A stretch of 59,648 bases of DNA, the filler included, from Streblomastix strix (lineage: Eukaryota): NCBI GenBank assembly GCA_008636045.1. It is 3 parts of 3 records of this genome, joined end to end, with 100 filler letters (N's around TTAATTAATTAA, not from the genome) between each part and the next. Parts side by side here need not be neighbours in the genome. Positions count along the whole stretch, not along the records: positions 1 to 19,825 come from SNRW01000482.1; 2 more parts are not named here. One strand, 5' to 3'. A program made the translations under genes and the position numbers. Below the pieces are notes generated by a model that ran no database searches, had not been told where the DNA came from, and worked only from the letters and a program-made list of their open reading frames with translations. Positions 1 through 13,283 of this stretch are shown here, one piece after another. Positions within the stretch are counted from its first letter, which is position 1. Each line of letters begins with the position of its first letter.

Positions 1-1129
1 CATAATATTAAAATATTATCACACATTGTATTGATATACTTCAATATTTTCTTTCAAAAACTATCGCTGGATATTGTTTCCATGGACTGAAAACAAATAT
101 TGATTTGTTATCCCCGTATCTCCTTATTTCACCTCTTTATTGAGATACCATTGTGGCTCCAATATGGTCGGTTCACGTACAGGAATCCGACCTATGGGGT
201 GGCCTATTTGATGTGGCAAAGATTTCAAATAAGAAAACAACAACTTTACAAAAGTAATAAAAATTACGTCCGAGTCCCGGTAAAGAGAGTTCGGCAAAAC
301 GAGGCAAGACAAGAAGAAATTAAAAATGTGATAGTCAGAGTGGGAAAAAATTAAATAGTTAAAACCCTCTTGGAAAGGAATTGATTAAAGTTAATAAAAA
401 ACCCAGTTAAATATATATAAACTTAGTAAAAATTTTATAAAAAACTAATATGAGAGTAAAATTTGATTTGAAAAAACTTCTCTCGTGGGGAAAATAAATA
501 ACTAAGAGTAAAAACCCCAATAAAATTGTTAAAATTAATGGTTAAACTGCTTTCATGAGGAAAAGAAATATAGATTCTCTTAGAAAAACCTCAGGAAATA
601 ATGGTATAAGTATAAAAGTAACTGTTAAAGTATTAAAATATAAAATTTAATGCGTTGATTCTTCATTTACTGCTTAATCTTTCTTTATGGATTGTTTGAA
701 CTTCACTCTTTAGTCTTATTTCTTCTTAATATTCGTCGAAACAACTCGTTGTCAACCTCTCTTTATTGATAATCCGTTATCAAACTATGACAGGGTAGTG
801 TCCTTATCTCTGCATTATCATTCCATGCGTTCCAGCCCACCTTCAGCATCATTTCTCTTGTTCGATCGTTTAGTTCTCCAGCAAATTCTTTCCTTAGTTC
901 TATTTCATCTTGGGTTGGGATACATATTTTGGGTGGGCCAGAGGTGAAAAAGGGAGATTCGGGAATAACAAATCATTATCCTGTCTCTTAAAATACATAG
1001 GAACAATAATTAGTAACCCTTGAATCTCCTTAATGCATCTCTTTATTGTGATACTTATTACATGCTTTCATAATCTTGTCCTGGAATATTTATCAATTAC
1101 CTATCTATGTCATATTTTTTTGTTAAAGA

Positions 1130-1720
1130 TGCGAAAATCTAATATTGTTGAACTGTACGAGAATACTAAGAATAATGTTTTAAAGTTGCAATGTCTCTTC
1201 TAGAAATTTTTTGCTTTTCTAATTAGGTTGTTACAGTGTGGCTTATTGAGAATGCTGACGTTTCAAAGTTATTCAATTTTTTTTAAAATTTTTAATATAG
1301 TTAGTTGATGTTTATTGTAATTGTTGGTTTATTAAATCCCTAGTTCTATAAAAAATTTTATTTCTATTTAGAAATTATTTATTTATTCTTTCAATCCATA
1401 TATAAATTATCTGATTGAGGCGTAATTTGTTATCATTAGCCTCATATACTTTATATCTTTCAATTGCATTTGCTTGTTTTGGTGCCAATCTTAGTGATGC
1501 TTGATTCTCTGTTTTGTTCATATTTGAGAATTTTAATCTAATTTCTACAATTTCATACTGTTTGAATAAACATATGGATATCAGTAATGAAACAACTTTG
1601 ACTTGTGGATCTTAGTTGCTCAGTTGTCTTTTCGATTAAATTTCTTCAATGATTGAATATTATTTTAATGTTTAAAATGTTTTAAAATCTCTTCTGAGAA
1701 ATAAATGCTTCTGATAACGT
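1130..1720 (-). pseudogene. Tyrosine recombinase domain of DIRS-like element
   Basis: VSLLISICLFKQYEIVEIRLKFS...LRLAPKQ...AFSISHTVTTQLEKQKISRRDIATLKHYSQYSRTVQQY; catalytic residues partly decayed. Confidence 0.7.
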
Positions 1721-2189
1721 CAAATTTATTAGTTTTTAAGTTGTTTAAATTACTAAAATTTTTTAAAATATGAAGTGGAGCTTTAATATTAAACATACTT
1801 TATGTGAGTTTATTGTCACAATAGAATTGTTTCGTCTTGTGCAGAAAGCGATTACTTTTGTTAATATTACTTCTGCGTCTTTCTTCATCATTTCATCTAT
1901 TGTTAATCTTTCAATATCTAACAAACCCTATAATAATTTTTGGGAGTAAAAATCTCTCTTAACTATATTAAATCTTTATCATTTGAATAGTAAGTTGACT
2001 CCATCTTCAGAGAATCCTCTCATCTTCATACATCTCATTAGTAAGTCTCTCCCAACATCTGCGACAGGTCCAGAAGGAAGGAGCCCACATTACCTAGAAA
2101 AAGGTTTTGATCCTCGTCTTTCATTCTCTGTTCCATCTCCAGAATCCTCTATTTTAATCCAAGGAAAAGGAATTTAATGGATTAATTCT

Positions 2190-2420
2190 TTAGTTTGTGT
2201 TCCAAGATTTGTTCGGCCAAATCGGTGCTATTATTATTCCCTATGCTTTGTCTTATTTCATTTTCTGTAATACTCTATTTAATACTGGTATTGGTGCATG
2301 GATATATAGTTTGACTTCGCTCCATTTATAATTAAACGCGTTATGGAAACGTGTCCCCAGATCGTTGGGATCTATCATTATATAGATATTAATTAGTTTT
2401 TATGTATCATCTATATTATT
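2190..2420 (-). pseudogene. DIRS N6-adenine methyltransferase-like domain
   Basis: NAFNYKW...LYIHAPIP(degenerate N/HPP motif)...VLQKMKQDKAQGIIIAPIWP. Confidence 0.75.
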
Positions 2421-3865
2421 CATTACTTCTATGTGTAATTTCCGATCTGCGTAGTCTGGGCAATGAATCTATTATGGAATTCCTTTTCCTTTGGAAGTTG
2501 ATTATTATTTTCTGTAAATATGGTATCTTTATTAGGTAGAATACTTGTTTTATCCTTTCTTACAGGTATTCTCGCGCTTTCCAATTATTAGTATCATAAA
2601 TTGCAGTAGAATTTTCTGAATGTATCAAGATTGCCTTATCTTTAATCTTATATATGATTCTGTTAAAATGGACAAAAATATATTGAAAAGCACTTATTTA
2701 GTACGCTTTACTCGGTTATTCTATTTTATGTCTCGTTCGAACACTCATATTATATTAATTCCGATAGGTTATCGTACATCGTTGTTGGTCCCCTGCACTA
2801 TTATGATGCATTGGTTGTCAGTATACATGTGAATGCTTTTTTTTTACTAACTATTCCGGTTGATAATATCATATTATCTTTATCTATTATTTCAATTTTC
2901 GAAATAACTTTTTTAATAATTAAAATATATTCATACAATAATTTTATTTTTAACGCATTTATCTTTTCTTTATCCAAGACTTCTAGGAATAAAGAAGCTT
3001 CTCTGTTTTTGGGTCTTATGATATTAAGTCTACCTATTTCTACTGTTAGATATCTTATCGTTACATTTCTATTCACATATATTAGAATACATTAGTTCCT
3101 CTGCACCTTTATCATTTTTGCTTCCTTTCTTCTTGTTTCATAATATTCTTTTTTCTAAAGTTCCATGTCGATCTCAATAATTTTTTTAATTATTTTGGTT
3201 CAATTTCACATTTCTCAATAGATATTGTCCATCCAAACTGTTTCAAAGTTCTCTTTGTTTTTTTATGTTTATTTTTTCAGTATTTATTTGTCTTGATAAA
3301 TAAATCGAATATAGTTGTAATTGTTCAAAATCTATATTTATAAGTGTTTTCTGATATATTTCAGAATCGATTTTATCGAAACTGCGTAGAAGTTTGGGCA
3401 GTGTTTAGTCCTGAATTGCTTAACTTTATATGGGAAGTTATTATTGTTGAAGTTGAATGCTTGATAATATGTTTAGTTAGGAGAAACTGTGGTGTGGTGA
3501 ATGCTGAATTTAAGTAGAGAGTGGTTGTACAATCCATTTGATTAGCTCTAGAATATTGATCAATGATGTTTCAATGGCTATCCTAAAATCTTTCAGCTTT
3601 GCATTTATTGACAAAGAAGTTCATATATGAGATCGTTCATCGTATTGGAATACTATTTCATTAATTAAAGAAGGAAATATAAGTTGGCAATAAATGATTA
3701 TGAAAAATTATTCATTTTTAAACAATTATTTCTAATAAAATTCATGTAATAGATTTTTGAATACGAATTTATTTAACTTTATTATATTCGTTAAGCAAAT
3801 ATAATACATAATAAAAATAAATGACTTAAAAGTATATAGAAGGTTGTTCCATGTTGATAAACTTT

Positions 3866-6419
3866 TCATTCTTCAAATGAATCAAATTCGCTATCTTCAT
3901 TCGAACAAGATTCATTTTCTTAATTCGACTCAAATTCATTTTCTTCATCCGAATCGAATTCATTCTATTTTTCTTAAGATTGCTCTTTCTTCTCTGAAAT
4001 CGATATTTAATCCAATTTCTTTATTATTTCCATCTCTTCAATATCTTTCTTGCAATGTGGGCATTTCAATCCACGATCTTTCCACATATAAGAACATCCA
4101 AGATGGAAATTGTGACCGCATTTCATCAGAACAAGTTTATTATCTTCCCCATTTTTGTTTTTGTGGCACAACGCACATGAATGAGCTAATGGAATAATAA
4201 CATTCTTTTCAATTCCATCTTCTTTAATTGTATGCTCCTAAGAATCAAATATTTGTTTCGTGTGTATGATCAACCGATTAAATTCTGCCATTCCAGCTTC
4301 TTATTCATCATATGTTGTATACTAATCTCCTGCTTTTCTCCAGGGTAATCGAGTTACTTATCCCCCAGTCTTCTGGAAATCAATACAATATATGCAGTTA
4401 TTGAACCCTGGTTTAATAGGCTTTATTGATGTGTAACATTACGGGCATTACGCTTAACTCAATTAGAGATCGAAATCTCCAAAATGTGCGTTGAATATAA
4501 CCATGTGACCATGAGCTGGACATCCTTAATTTTCACATAAGCCTAATTTAAAATATGATAAAAAAAAATAATAAATAATAAAATTTTGTTAATCAATCGA
4601 ATAACTAAACTATTTTCTATATTATTGTTCAAATACCTTCAATGCACAATCCATGCGAGGCAACTCTCCACTAAGGACCAGATTTTGACCATTGTCTCTT
4701 CACGATCGCATCCGTCTTCCCAACATCAACAAAACTCATTGGCATTCCACCTCCGCGAAGACGAAGCACCAAATGAAGCGTTGCCTCTTTAAAAATGCCG
4801 TAATCAAACAAAGTTTTCCCACTCTCAAGATCTTTACCAGAAAAAATCAGCCGCTGCTGGTCAGGTTCAGTTCCTTCTTTTTACTGGATCTTCTTCTTCA
4901 CATTATCAATGGTCTCATTGTTCATTACTTCGAGGGCGATTGTTTTCCCTATTAATGTCTTTACAAATATTTGCATAGAAACACCAAATTATATCAGCAA
5001 AACTGAACCTTTCTCTGGAAACCCACAATCTTGAAGTGTTAAACTGTCATTCAAAGGTTTATATGAATCAGATAAAATGCTTATTGCTTTTGGAAGGTCT
5101 TTTGCTGCTTCCATAACTTTTGCTTTCATTTCCTTTACGGTCATCTTCCTTCTGACATCTACATCAAATGTATATGATGAGAGAGTATTAACTTTTAATT
5201 TGAAGGGGAAATCTTCATTCTTGTCAAAGATACTCAAGATCATACCATTGGAGACATTTTTCTGGCAAATTTTAACATTTTCAATCTATTCAATGCATTC
5301 TCCATAATGTGAAGTTGTTTCCCATCCATAAATTTCCAGATCATTTTATTGCCCTTAGAATCTTGCTTCATCTAAAATGATCTGTTTCAATTGCTTCACC
5401 GGAATTTGAGTATATATCTATTTCAAATCATATGTTTTTCCTTAGAAAACAATGTTTATATCGATAGAAGCATATTCCAGGGTAACAATTTCATCTCCCA
5501 CAATCCAATAATCTGAAATAGTCTTTTCATTCTGAAGTTCTTATTCTTCGCCATTTTCATCTTTCAACTTGAGAATCTGGCAAGAAGGATGAACGGTATC
5601 AAAACAATATATCTTCCATTTCAATGAGAGAATGGTATAGTCATCATCTATATAAACTTTCCTCTTATATTACTGAGTTTGTACGTAAATAGACATCGCA
5701 ACTTTATCAATGACCAGATTATTCAAATCATCACCATCAAATTCACTCAGAATCTTATTTGTATCCAATAAGACTCTATCTTTATGCATGAAATAACCAG
5801 ATGGATCAATTTGGGCTCTAAAACAAGCTCTCTCACAGATATCTTCAATTTTCTCATCATTCTAACAGGATATACGAATTAATTATCTGTTTGGCATACG
5901 AATATTCAGATTCGTTGGGCCAGTTTATAACTGAAGCTCGGACCATTCTTTTATTCCTATGTTTCTGACTTACTGATTATTTGAAATAACTTTGAAATTG
6001 AATAGCAATTTCTACTTTTCTACAGATATTTAACTTTTCAACAAGATTTTCTGTTTCAAGTCTAACACAGAATCGTTATTGTTGAATTGAACTTCTATGT
6101 ATTTATCTTAACTTGAGTCCAACCAAACCAATATAGAGCCTTTACTAATGCTTGCTTATACACAACAACTAAGCCCAGTGCTAAAGAATCCAGTTAAAAG
6201 TTCAACATGTTTTTCAGAATTATATCCCATCACTTCTTCTTGATTTGTTGTAAGTTCTATTATATTGCAATACTCAGAAATGATCGAAAGTTTTGCCATC
6301 CCTGCTCCAATATAGGATTAAATTTGCTGAGCTACTCCTAGCAGAGTTGTTTAAGAATCAACTACTTATCTCTGCATTTCTTACCCAGTGTGATCCCCAA
6401 CGAAGACTATACTTAACAT
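3866..6419 (-). CDS. Tandem ubiquitin-like-domain protein with near-canonical ubiquitin unit, Cys-rich domain, RING finger and acidic tail
   Basis: Open in table 6 from ATG 6419; several divergent UBL units, then [17 protein letters not shown]...[44 protein letters not shown] intron 4543-4636; RING CALC...[10 protein letters not shown]...KCPHC; TGA at 3866. An upstream exon cannot be excluded. Confidence 0.85.
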
Positions 6420-6935
6420 ACCAATCTAGAAATAAATATATATCAATACAATTTCTTTAAAATAAAGAATTAATTTTATAAATAAAAAGCGGACAGAGCA
6501 AATAAACTCAGATTTATATAATAAAAGGATAATGGAACGAATCTTGTGAAATTAATATAAAATTTAGATTACATTAGTTGTTAGCAAACAAATAAATAGA
6601 AATATTAAAAATCGAAACTATGATTGATAAGGATAACAAAAAAATTATTCAATTTAGTCTCATACTTTGTTTAACATAATAATTTACTTATTATTATTAT
6701 TAATAAATTAAATTGTATATTATTTCATATATTTTATCAATTATTTATCAGGATAGAAATTTTTTTCAATTTATTCGCTCCGTACGCAAAGGCACCTTAT
6801 ATATTTTCGAACAAAATTAATTTTCTTGTCTAAATTGCGCATAGCTGCATTTTCTATTTGAGTTAAACTAATTTAATACATATTCAATGATCTGAATTCA
6901 CAATTTTATTTTTCGTTTTATATAACAGATTCGAT

Positions 6936-7563
6936 ATGAAACCTGGTGTTATTTCTGTCCCGGTTGTTGGCCCAGTAGATAATTATCCATTCCTACCACA
7001 TAAAGAGAATCTTAAAATTGAAGGAGAAGTTGGCAATTTTCACACATTTACCAATAAGACAAAAGAACAAACTACCATTTCCTTTGATCCAGCAATCAAA
7101 AATGGCGTAGTCAAATTCGAAGTGTTAAATATCAATAACATATAAGGTTTACTTTTATTTATTTTTTTTGAGTTTATTTATTTTATTTTTGTGAAATAGG
7201 GATTGGAATAGTTGACAAACCTGTAACATACTTCGAAAAAAAATAAGCTCCTGATGCTAATGGTATTTATATTTTTAGAATTCATTATTAATTACATAAT
7301 ATTTTCTTTATTCGATTTTAATTTCTATTTCAGGAAAGGATAAGATTATTGAATTTTCGAACTTGTTTGATATACATTAATTTATTAACACAAACTTAAT
7401 AATATTTATTTTTTCTTCTTATTTTTAATCATTGTTGCCCATAAATATATGTATGTACATAACTGTATACATATATTATATTATATAGAGGTATGATTTT
7501 CCATATTGAAGAATATCTCAATAATCTTGAAGGGTTTAATGATGGCGATCATATTGCTATGGA
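6936..7563 (+). CDS. SPRY/B30.2-like domain protein, multi-exon, apparently 3'-truncated
   Basis: TTISFDPAIKNGVVKFEVLN / GIGIVD / DKIIEF / GMIFHI...FNDGDHIAME in exons separated by GT-AG introns; the expected final exons were not found. Confidence 0.65.
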
Positions 7564-8193
7564 GGTTTATATAATATACAATTGATTAGCAAACTATTAT
7601 TAAAACATATATTAAATAAATAGTAAGAAAGTAATTAAATTAGTTTTATTTTTATTAAATTACTTATTTTTCATTTCTATTACTTGAATTTAATTGAATA
7701 TTTAATAATTTTATTTTTCAGCTGTGCAAAAATAGGTTGTTTTTATTTTTTAATTTTTTTCTTATTTTTTTCATCAGTTAAAATAAAAAATTATAAGATT
7801 TAATAATTTGCAACGTATATTTATTAAATTCACAAAAATTTAGTATTAAAATTGAGATGAAAATAGTGGTAATACGGCTGAAAACGGCTAAATAACGCGA
7901 TTTTTATTTTTCAGCGGTTCATGTTGCCTAAACATAAAAAATTATATTTAAATATTTATTAAATATTTTTTTAATTAAAATCAGCGAACCATTTTAAATT
8001 TGTAGCCGCTAATACTCGAAGAATCGACCTAAATTTTTTTCTAATGAATTTTTTCCATGACAATATTTTTTAATTTTCATTTACGAAAAATGTTTATAAA
8101 ATTCATATAAATATTTTTAAATAAAAAAATTGTTAATTTTTATTCTGGACGGAATCATCCATATAATAAATGCAAAAATAAATTACCTGTACA

Positions 8194-8400
8194 TCATTCA
8201 GTGATATTTAATTAATCTTTACTTTTAAGATATGCATTAGATATACGTATTATATCACGTATACTATTTAAGACAGCATATAGATTTGATGCTAATTTTT
8301 TCTTTGTATCAATTTCTTTAATTTCATTATTAAGTTGTTAGCATTCTTATTGTAATTTTGGTTCTATTTCTTTAAAATATTCATACATTTATTTGTCCAT
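8194..8400 (-). CDS. Small coiled-coil hypothetical viral protein (~68 aa)
   Basis: MDKQMYEYFKEIEPKLQQECQQLNNEIKEID...NITE-TGA in table 6. Confidence 0.5.
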
Positions 8401-8429
8401 TTTGAATAAATTACAAAAAAATAATCGTA

Positions 8430-9047
8430 TCAATATAAATCAAAATCATTGTATTCCTATTATTGTTCTTCTTGTGGTTGTTCTTGAATGATTTACTATT
8501 GTTCAAGTTAAATTTATTATGGCTCTTCCTTTTCAATTACTTATTTTGACTATTTGTTTCGTTTTGCTTTTAATTTATATTTCTCTATTTGTTTGATAGC
8601 GTCTTAATGCTACTGCTTAATAAATGAATTTTCTGTTCTTAATTTGATTAATTCTTCTAAATCAAGTTGTGAATTATTGTAATTAATTTATGGAGTTTTT
8701 GATATTTTTACAACTCTTTTTCTAATTTATTTCTTTAATGGTTTTTCTCGTACTTCGCTTATGGAATCATCACTTTCATTTTATTCCTCTTACTGTTCCT
8801 AAGATATAAAATCTTCATCATCAATTTATTTTTAAGATGCTTTTTAAACATTTTTCTTTGGAGCAACCCCACCTTTAGCTTATAACAGTAATTTATTCTA
8901 CTATGTTTAAGTTAATTTTTTTAACGTCTTTTTTCCTTCTTCGAACACTTTAATATCTTTATTAATTTGGATGACATATCCGTTATCAAAGTACTCAATA
9001 TTTGATCCATTCTCTATTAAATTCTTCAATGCGTGATGTAAGTCCAT
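8430..9047 (-). CDS. Hypothetical viral protein A (charged; homologue at 32310-33068)
   Basis: MDLHHALKNLIENGSNIEYFDNGYVIQINKDIKVFEEGKK...; probable frameshift near the C-terminus. Confidence 0.6.
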
Positions 9048-9103
9048 TTGAATAATTTTATATTAGAAAAATGATAAAGGGCATAGAAAGAAACTAAATT
9101 CGC

Positions 9104-9792
9104 ATGTCAAAATCTAAAAAATAAATATCTGAGATTAAACATAAAGAATTAACGGATGAAGATAAAATTAGATTGCAATTGATCGATGAAGCTATCGATA
9201 GGATTAAATCAATGCCAGCAGTCGATGAGACCATCAAACCTAAAGAAAATGAAACATAAACTGAAAATGAAATTATTACATCAAAGCCAGAATCATTAAT
9301 CCTAATAGAATAAAAAATTACTAAATATAAGAGTAAATATAATAAAGATAAAAATAAACAAGTAGATAGAACAACTGCTTAAATAGAACCAGAAGAAGTA
9401 GTTAAAAATACTTATCTTTTACATCCTAATCCAATGGTATGAAATTCATCATAGACAAATTATGGGCGACAATCACTACAAGAAAAAGAGGAGATGATTT
9501 CATATTCTCATCAGATAATTTCATTAAGCTTTGGTCATTAATCACGTAAGAAAATGAAGAAGATATAGAGATAGTATTAGAAAAACCATTGATGAGATCC
9601 CATTCATGCATAAGTAAATCATATAAAAAGAAGGATTTGATTCGTATGATGGAAATATTAATTAAAAATGTATCTGTAAAAGTATTGGATAATGTGCTCT
9701 ACAATTCAATTGAGAAACTGTATCGAGTAAATTGTGACTTTGTTCGTTTATCTGATGCACCTGAGATGGAGATTACCGATAATGACTTTTGA
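9104..9792 (+). pseudogene. Hypothetical viral protein B, one frameshift (homologue at 33156-33843)
   Basis: ...YLLHPN / MKFIIDKLWATITTRKRGDDFIFSSDNFIKLWSLITQENEEDIEIVLEK... aligns by eye to the copy-2 ORF. Confidence 0.7.
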
Positions 9793-9848
9793 TAATTATT
9801 TTAAATGTCTATTTTTTTACTGTTTATTTATTTTTACTTATTACATAA

Positions 9849-10286
9849 ATGCGTTCACAATCCGAAATCGTTAGAGGAAAATTGTTCATGAAACCTTAAA
9901 ATGTTGCAAAAGAAATATGCGTAGAACCAATATATTAATATAATGATGATTTCTATTAACGAACAGTAAATTAATATAATAAACCATACTATAAATTATT
10001 AAAGCGTTATGGAAATAATCAATGGATTCCATAAACAATTTACATTATGATCGAAAAAAGAAATAATGAACATATTGAAAAAACAATTAAACAGTATACA
10101 TAATAGATGAAAGAACTTTAGGATAGTACATCCAATTATCCAATACGTAACTTTACTGATGCAGAAGCAACTAAATTTTATGAAATGAAACATGCCATTA
10201 AATAAATATAAGAACAAACAAAATACAATAAATATGGTTAATGTGGAGTTAAAATTGAAGTCAATTGTATATTATACTACGTTTGA
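9849..10286 (+). CDS. Hypothetical viral protein (~145 aa)
   Basis: Open ATG-TGA frame in table 6: MRSQSEIVRGKLFMKPQNVAKEIC... Confidence 0.5.
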
Positions 10287-10310
10287 TGATCGATTATTTT
10301 TGCAATAAAA

Positions 10311-11084
10311 ATGGATAAATAATTAAGTGATTTAGATATTATTGATGAAGAAGAATAATCTATGTAATAAGAACAGGCAATTAAATTAATATAATTGTAG
10401 GAATAGTAATAAAAATACATAAATGATAGGAATAATTTATTTTAAATCATTGATTCAGAGATCATTAAGTACTTTAATTATTTGAGATAATTCTTTAAAA
10501 AAATCAAAGTTGATTTGACTAATTTTGTAACATTAAGTACTGATTAATTAATAACAGGAATCAAAACATTTTTATAACCAATCATTGCTAGTAAAATTGT
10601 TAAATAAGGTGGATCAAGTAACTAAATTCTATTAGCTAATGATGATACAATCGATAAAGATCAATTAGCCTATGAACCAATTGAGAATGCACGTTATTTT
10701 GCAATTGCATATGGAATGTATGAATAGCGAGTATGGAGATCATTAACAACATAAAATAGTAGAGTGTTTATTTCACTTCAAATAACTCGCTCAGATCCTA
10801 ATACAGTGTGGTAGTCAGGATATACTTTATTATCAATCGTTGATAGTACCATAAAACCAAAATTCAGTGGAACACCACATAACATACCATTAAATGCAGT
10901 TTTGTTTGCGTAAACAGTTATTGGTTATCCAATATGTTGGAATGGTGCTATTCCTATTGATTGTTACATTAATACTAATGGAAACGTTATAATAAATACA
11001 ATGTGTTAGCTAAGTTTGCCTGATTATTTTTGTGTATAAGTATGTGATTCATATGCAATTCATAATTAGTCGGCTAGTCAGTGA
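10311..11084 (+). CDS. Putative fibre/spike protein 1
   Basis: N-terminal coiled coil, tail-fibre-like motif FVTLSTDQLITGIKTF...KIVKQGGSSNQILLANDDT, beta-rich C-terminal head; open to TGA. Confidence 0.6.
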
Positions 11085-11273
11085 AACTGGCTTTACGTAG
11101 TAAGTTGAGCAATTTAAAAATAAACAAATGGACAGATTCAATGAGACAATCATCTATTCTCTGGAATAATTGAACATTAATTGGTATTCAATCTTTAAAA
11201 CGATTTGGGAAGCAGCAATCAAATATGCGTGCGAATCAAAGATATGCAAATGAAAAAATAATTATTTTTGTAA

Positions 11274-13217
11274 TCAAACAGCATTAATCGCACTACCAGC
11301 AAGCTCACCAATTACATCGATATTTAACACTTATGGATTAGGATTATTATCAAATGTAATTCGCATAAATGCATCGCATAGATAATGCATCATTGGAGTG
11401 ATGGATGCTTTAGTTGGATCAAGATAACTTCTCATAGCAATAAATTGGTTTAAATCATTTTAGTTCTATTCTTTATTTGAATCAGTATTATCTAATATTA
11501 CTTTAGTCAAATTACCATGTAAAATAACTTATATATTTGTTCTAGCACATAATTTTGAAGAATTATAGCCACGCATAAATGAATCAACAGTAGCAAATTT
11601 CCATGCAAGCATATATTTGTTAGGATATAGTGTTTTAGATGCTTTTGTCCCTACAAATAGTGTAGACGTATGAAATATATTCACATTGTCTTTCCCATAA
11701 AAGCCACCAGTTTTATCAGTGCAATAGAAATTTTCAAATGTAAGTGAATGATATAGATCTGATGGAGCACTAACAACATCTTAATCAACGATATAATCAA
11801 ACATTAGTCCATTAGCGGTTTGTGTCAGTGCTTCATATGGTGCAGGAATAACGTGTCGTTAATCACAAACTAAATCAAAATCATTAAGTAATATAGGATA
11901 AAACCAAGTTGGATACAATGACATGCCAAACGTCATGAATAGTGATTTAATATTAGAGAATGACATAATACTTTACATAGCTCCACTTGATTCAAAACCA
12001 CTAAATGGGAAATTTGATGATTAAAATCTAAATACTTAGGTAGGAAAATTAACTATTTTTTACTCTCTAATCATATTAATTATTGCATCTTCATTTTCAA
12101 CATTAAAGCTTATATTCTATATTTCTAATTTTTCAAATCGTGCATTATTAATTTAACTGATACTATTCTATGGTAATCTATCACATAATGCAGTATTTTA
12201 CATGTTGACTATTCGTACATTAAATTTCTTATATGCAAATACTGCTTAAGCAGTTGGTTCAGCTAATAGATATACTATGTCTAGTTTCTCAGGTGGAATC
12301 ATGTGATAAGCTTAGTGTTTATTTTTTACAGCATCAGTTTTATTGAGCCAAACTACTTTCAAATCTTATAGATAATCTTATATCCAGGGCTATAGATGAA
12401 GTTAAACATAATTCCGAGTAAGAACAGGAAATGAGTTAAAGATTGGATTTAATTAATTAAGATCAAGAACACCACTAAATGTGATATCAAATGGAATTTT
12501 AAAATACAAAGGAGTTGTAACTGATTATGTATCAATATCAGATAGATGAATTTCAATAAATATTCCACAATGACGTTTACCATTAATGATGCTTCCTAAT
12601 TGAGAAACACTAACGCTATTACTAGTGCATAAATCACTCAATGAATTAGAACTAATAGCAGCTTATTCTCTGGCATATATTGAAGTGCCCCATAATGCAG
12701 TGGCATCACGCATCAATTGAAATTGGTGAAATGGCTACCACGCAGTTGAGAATCCAAGCCAAAAACGTAATTGCTCAGATTTCTCTTCTCTTTCTGCTGT
12801 TTTACCATAATACTTTTATTCGGCTTATGTCATACTTTTTGCAACAAGAGCTTATGAATCTTCTAGTCCATTGAAGTTAATTCTCTTATTATATTCACCA
12901 TCTTCAAGATTTGTTTCATTTAATTATATCACTAATGTATTTCCAGGAATGGTAATTGTCCAATTTACTTAACATGTTTGTACCATTGTACAGGTGGCTA
13001 ATCCCCTTGCTCCTAGTGGTGCTCTAGTATATTTAACTCCACCAGATGTTAGTTCAGTTACTAGTTAATCGGTGAATTATTGCTCGGAAATTGAAAATGA
13101 TTCAGCATGAATCGTTAATGTTTTTAATATTTCACCTAATTACATATAACCAGCAACGTAATCAGAGTGTTACATTTTTTGCAAATGGGCTAAATAATCA
13201 CTAGATTTGAATGACAT
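11274..13217 (-). pseudogene. Putative major capsid protein (~650 aa), at least one frameshift
   Basis: MSFKSSDYLAHL...to ...IDVIGELAGSAINAV-TGA; beta-rich, well conserved in copy 2 (37005+), size and context fit a double jelly-roll MCP; the fold is inferred, not demonstrated. Confidence 0.6.
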
Positions 13218-13283
13218 TTCAATAAAACAAAAATAACTGTATGCTGATGACGATAATGATAATAAATTTTATATTAAATCAAA

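Larger units (their letters stand above)
660..3660 (-). mobile_element. Degenerate DIRS-like tyrosine-recombinase retrotransposon (RT-RNaseH-methyltransferase-YR)
   Basis: Table-6 minus-strand translation gives RT remnants (LNSAFHHTTVSPN...AFNFNNNNFPYK), RNase H (LTTNAS; AILIHSENSTAIYD), a Dam-like MT (HNAFNYKWSEVKLYIHAPIPVLNRVLQKMKQDKAQGIIIAPIWP) and YR (SLLISICL...FSISHTVTT...LKHYSQYSRTVQQY) in DIRS order; many frameshifts. Confidence 0.85.

Noticed and set aside
100..354. Short ORFs at the window start
   Set aside because: No recognisable motif; likely non-coding terminal region of the DIRS-like element
8850..8880. Possible histone H3-tail mimic (GGVAP)
   Set aside because: Careful reading gives AKGGVAPKK rather than TGGKAPRK; too short and not conserved in the copy-2 homologue
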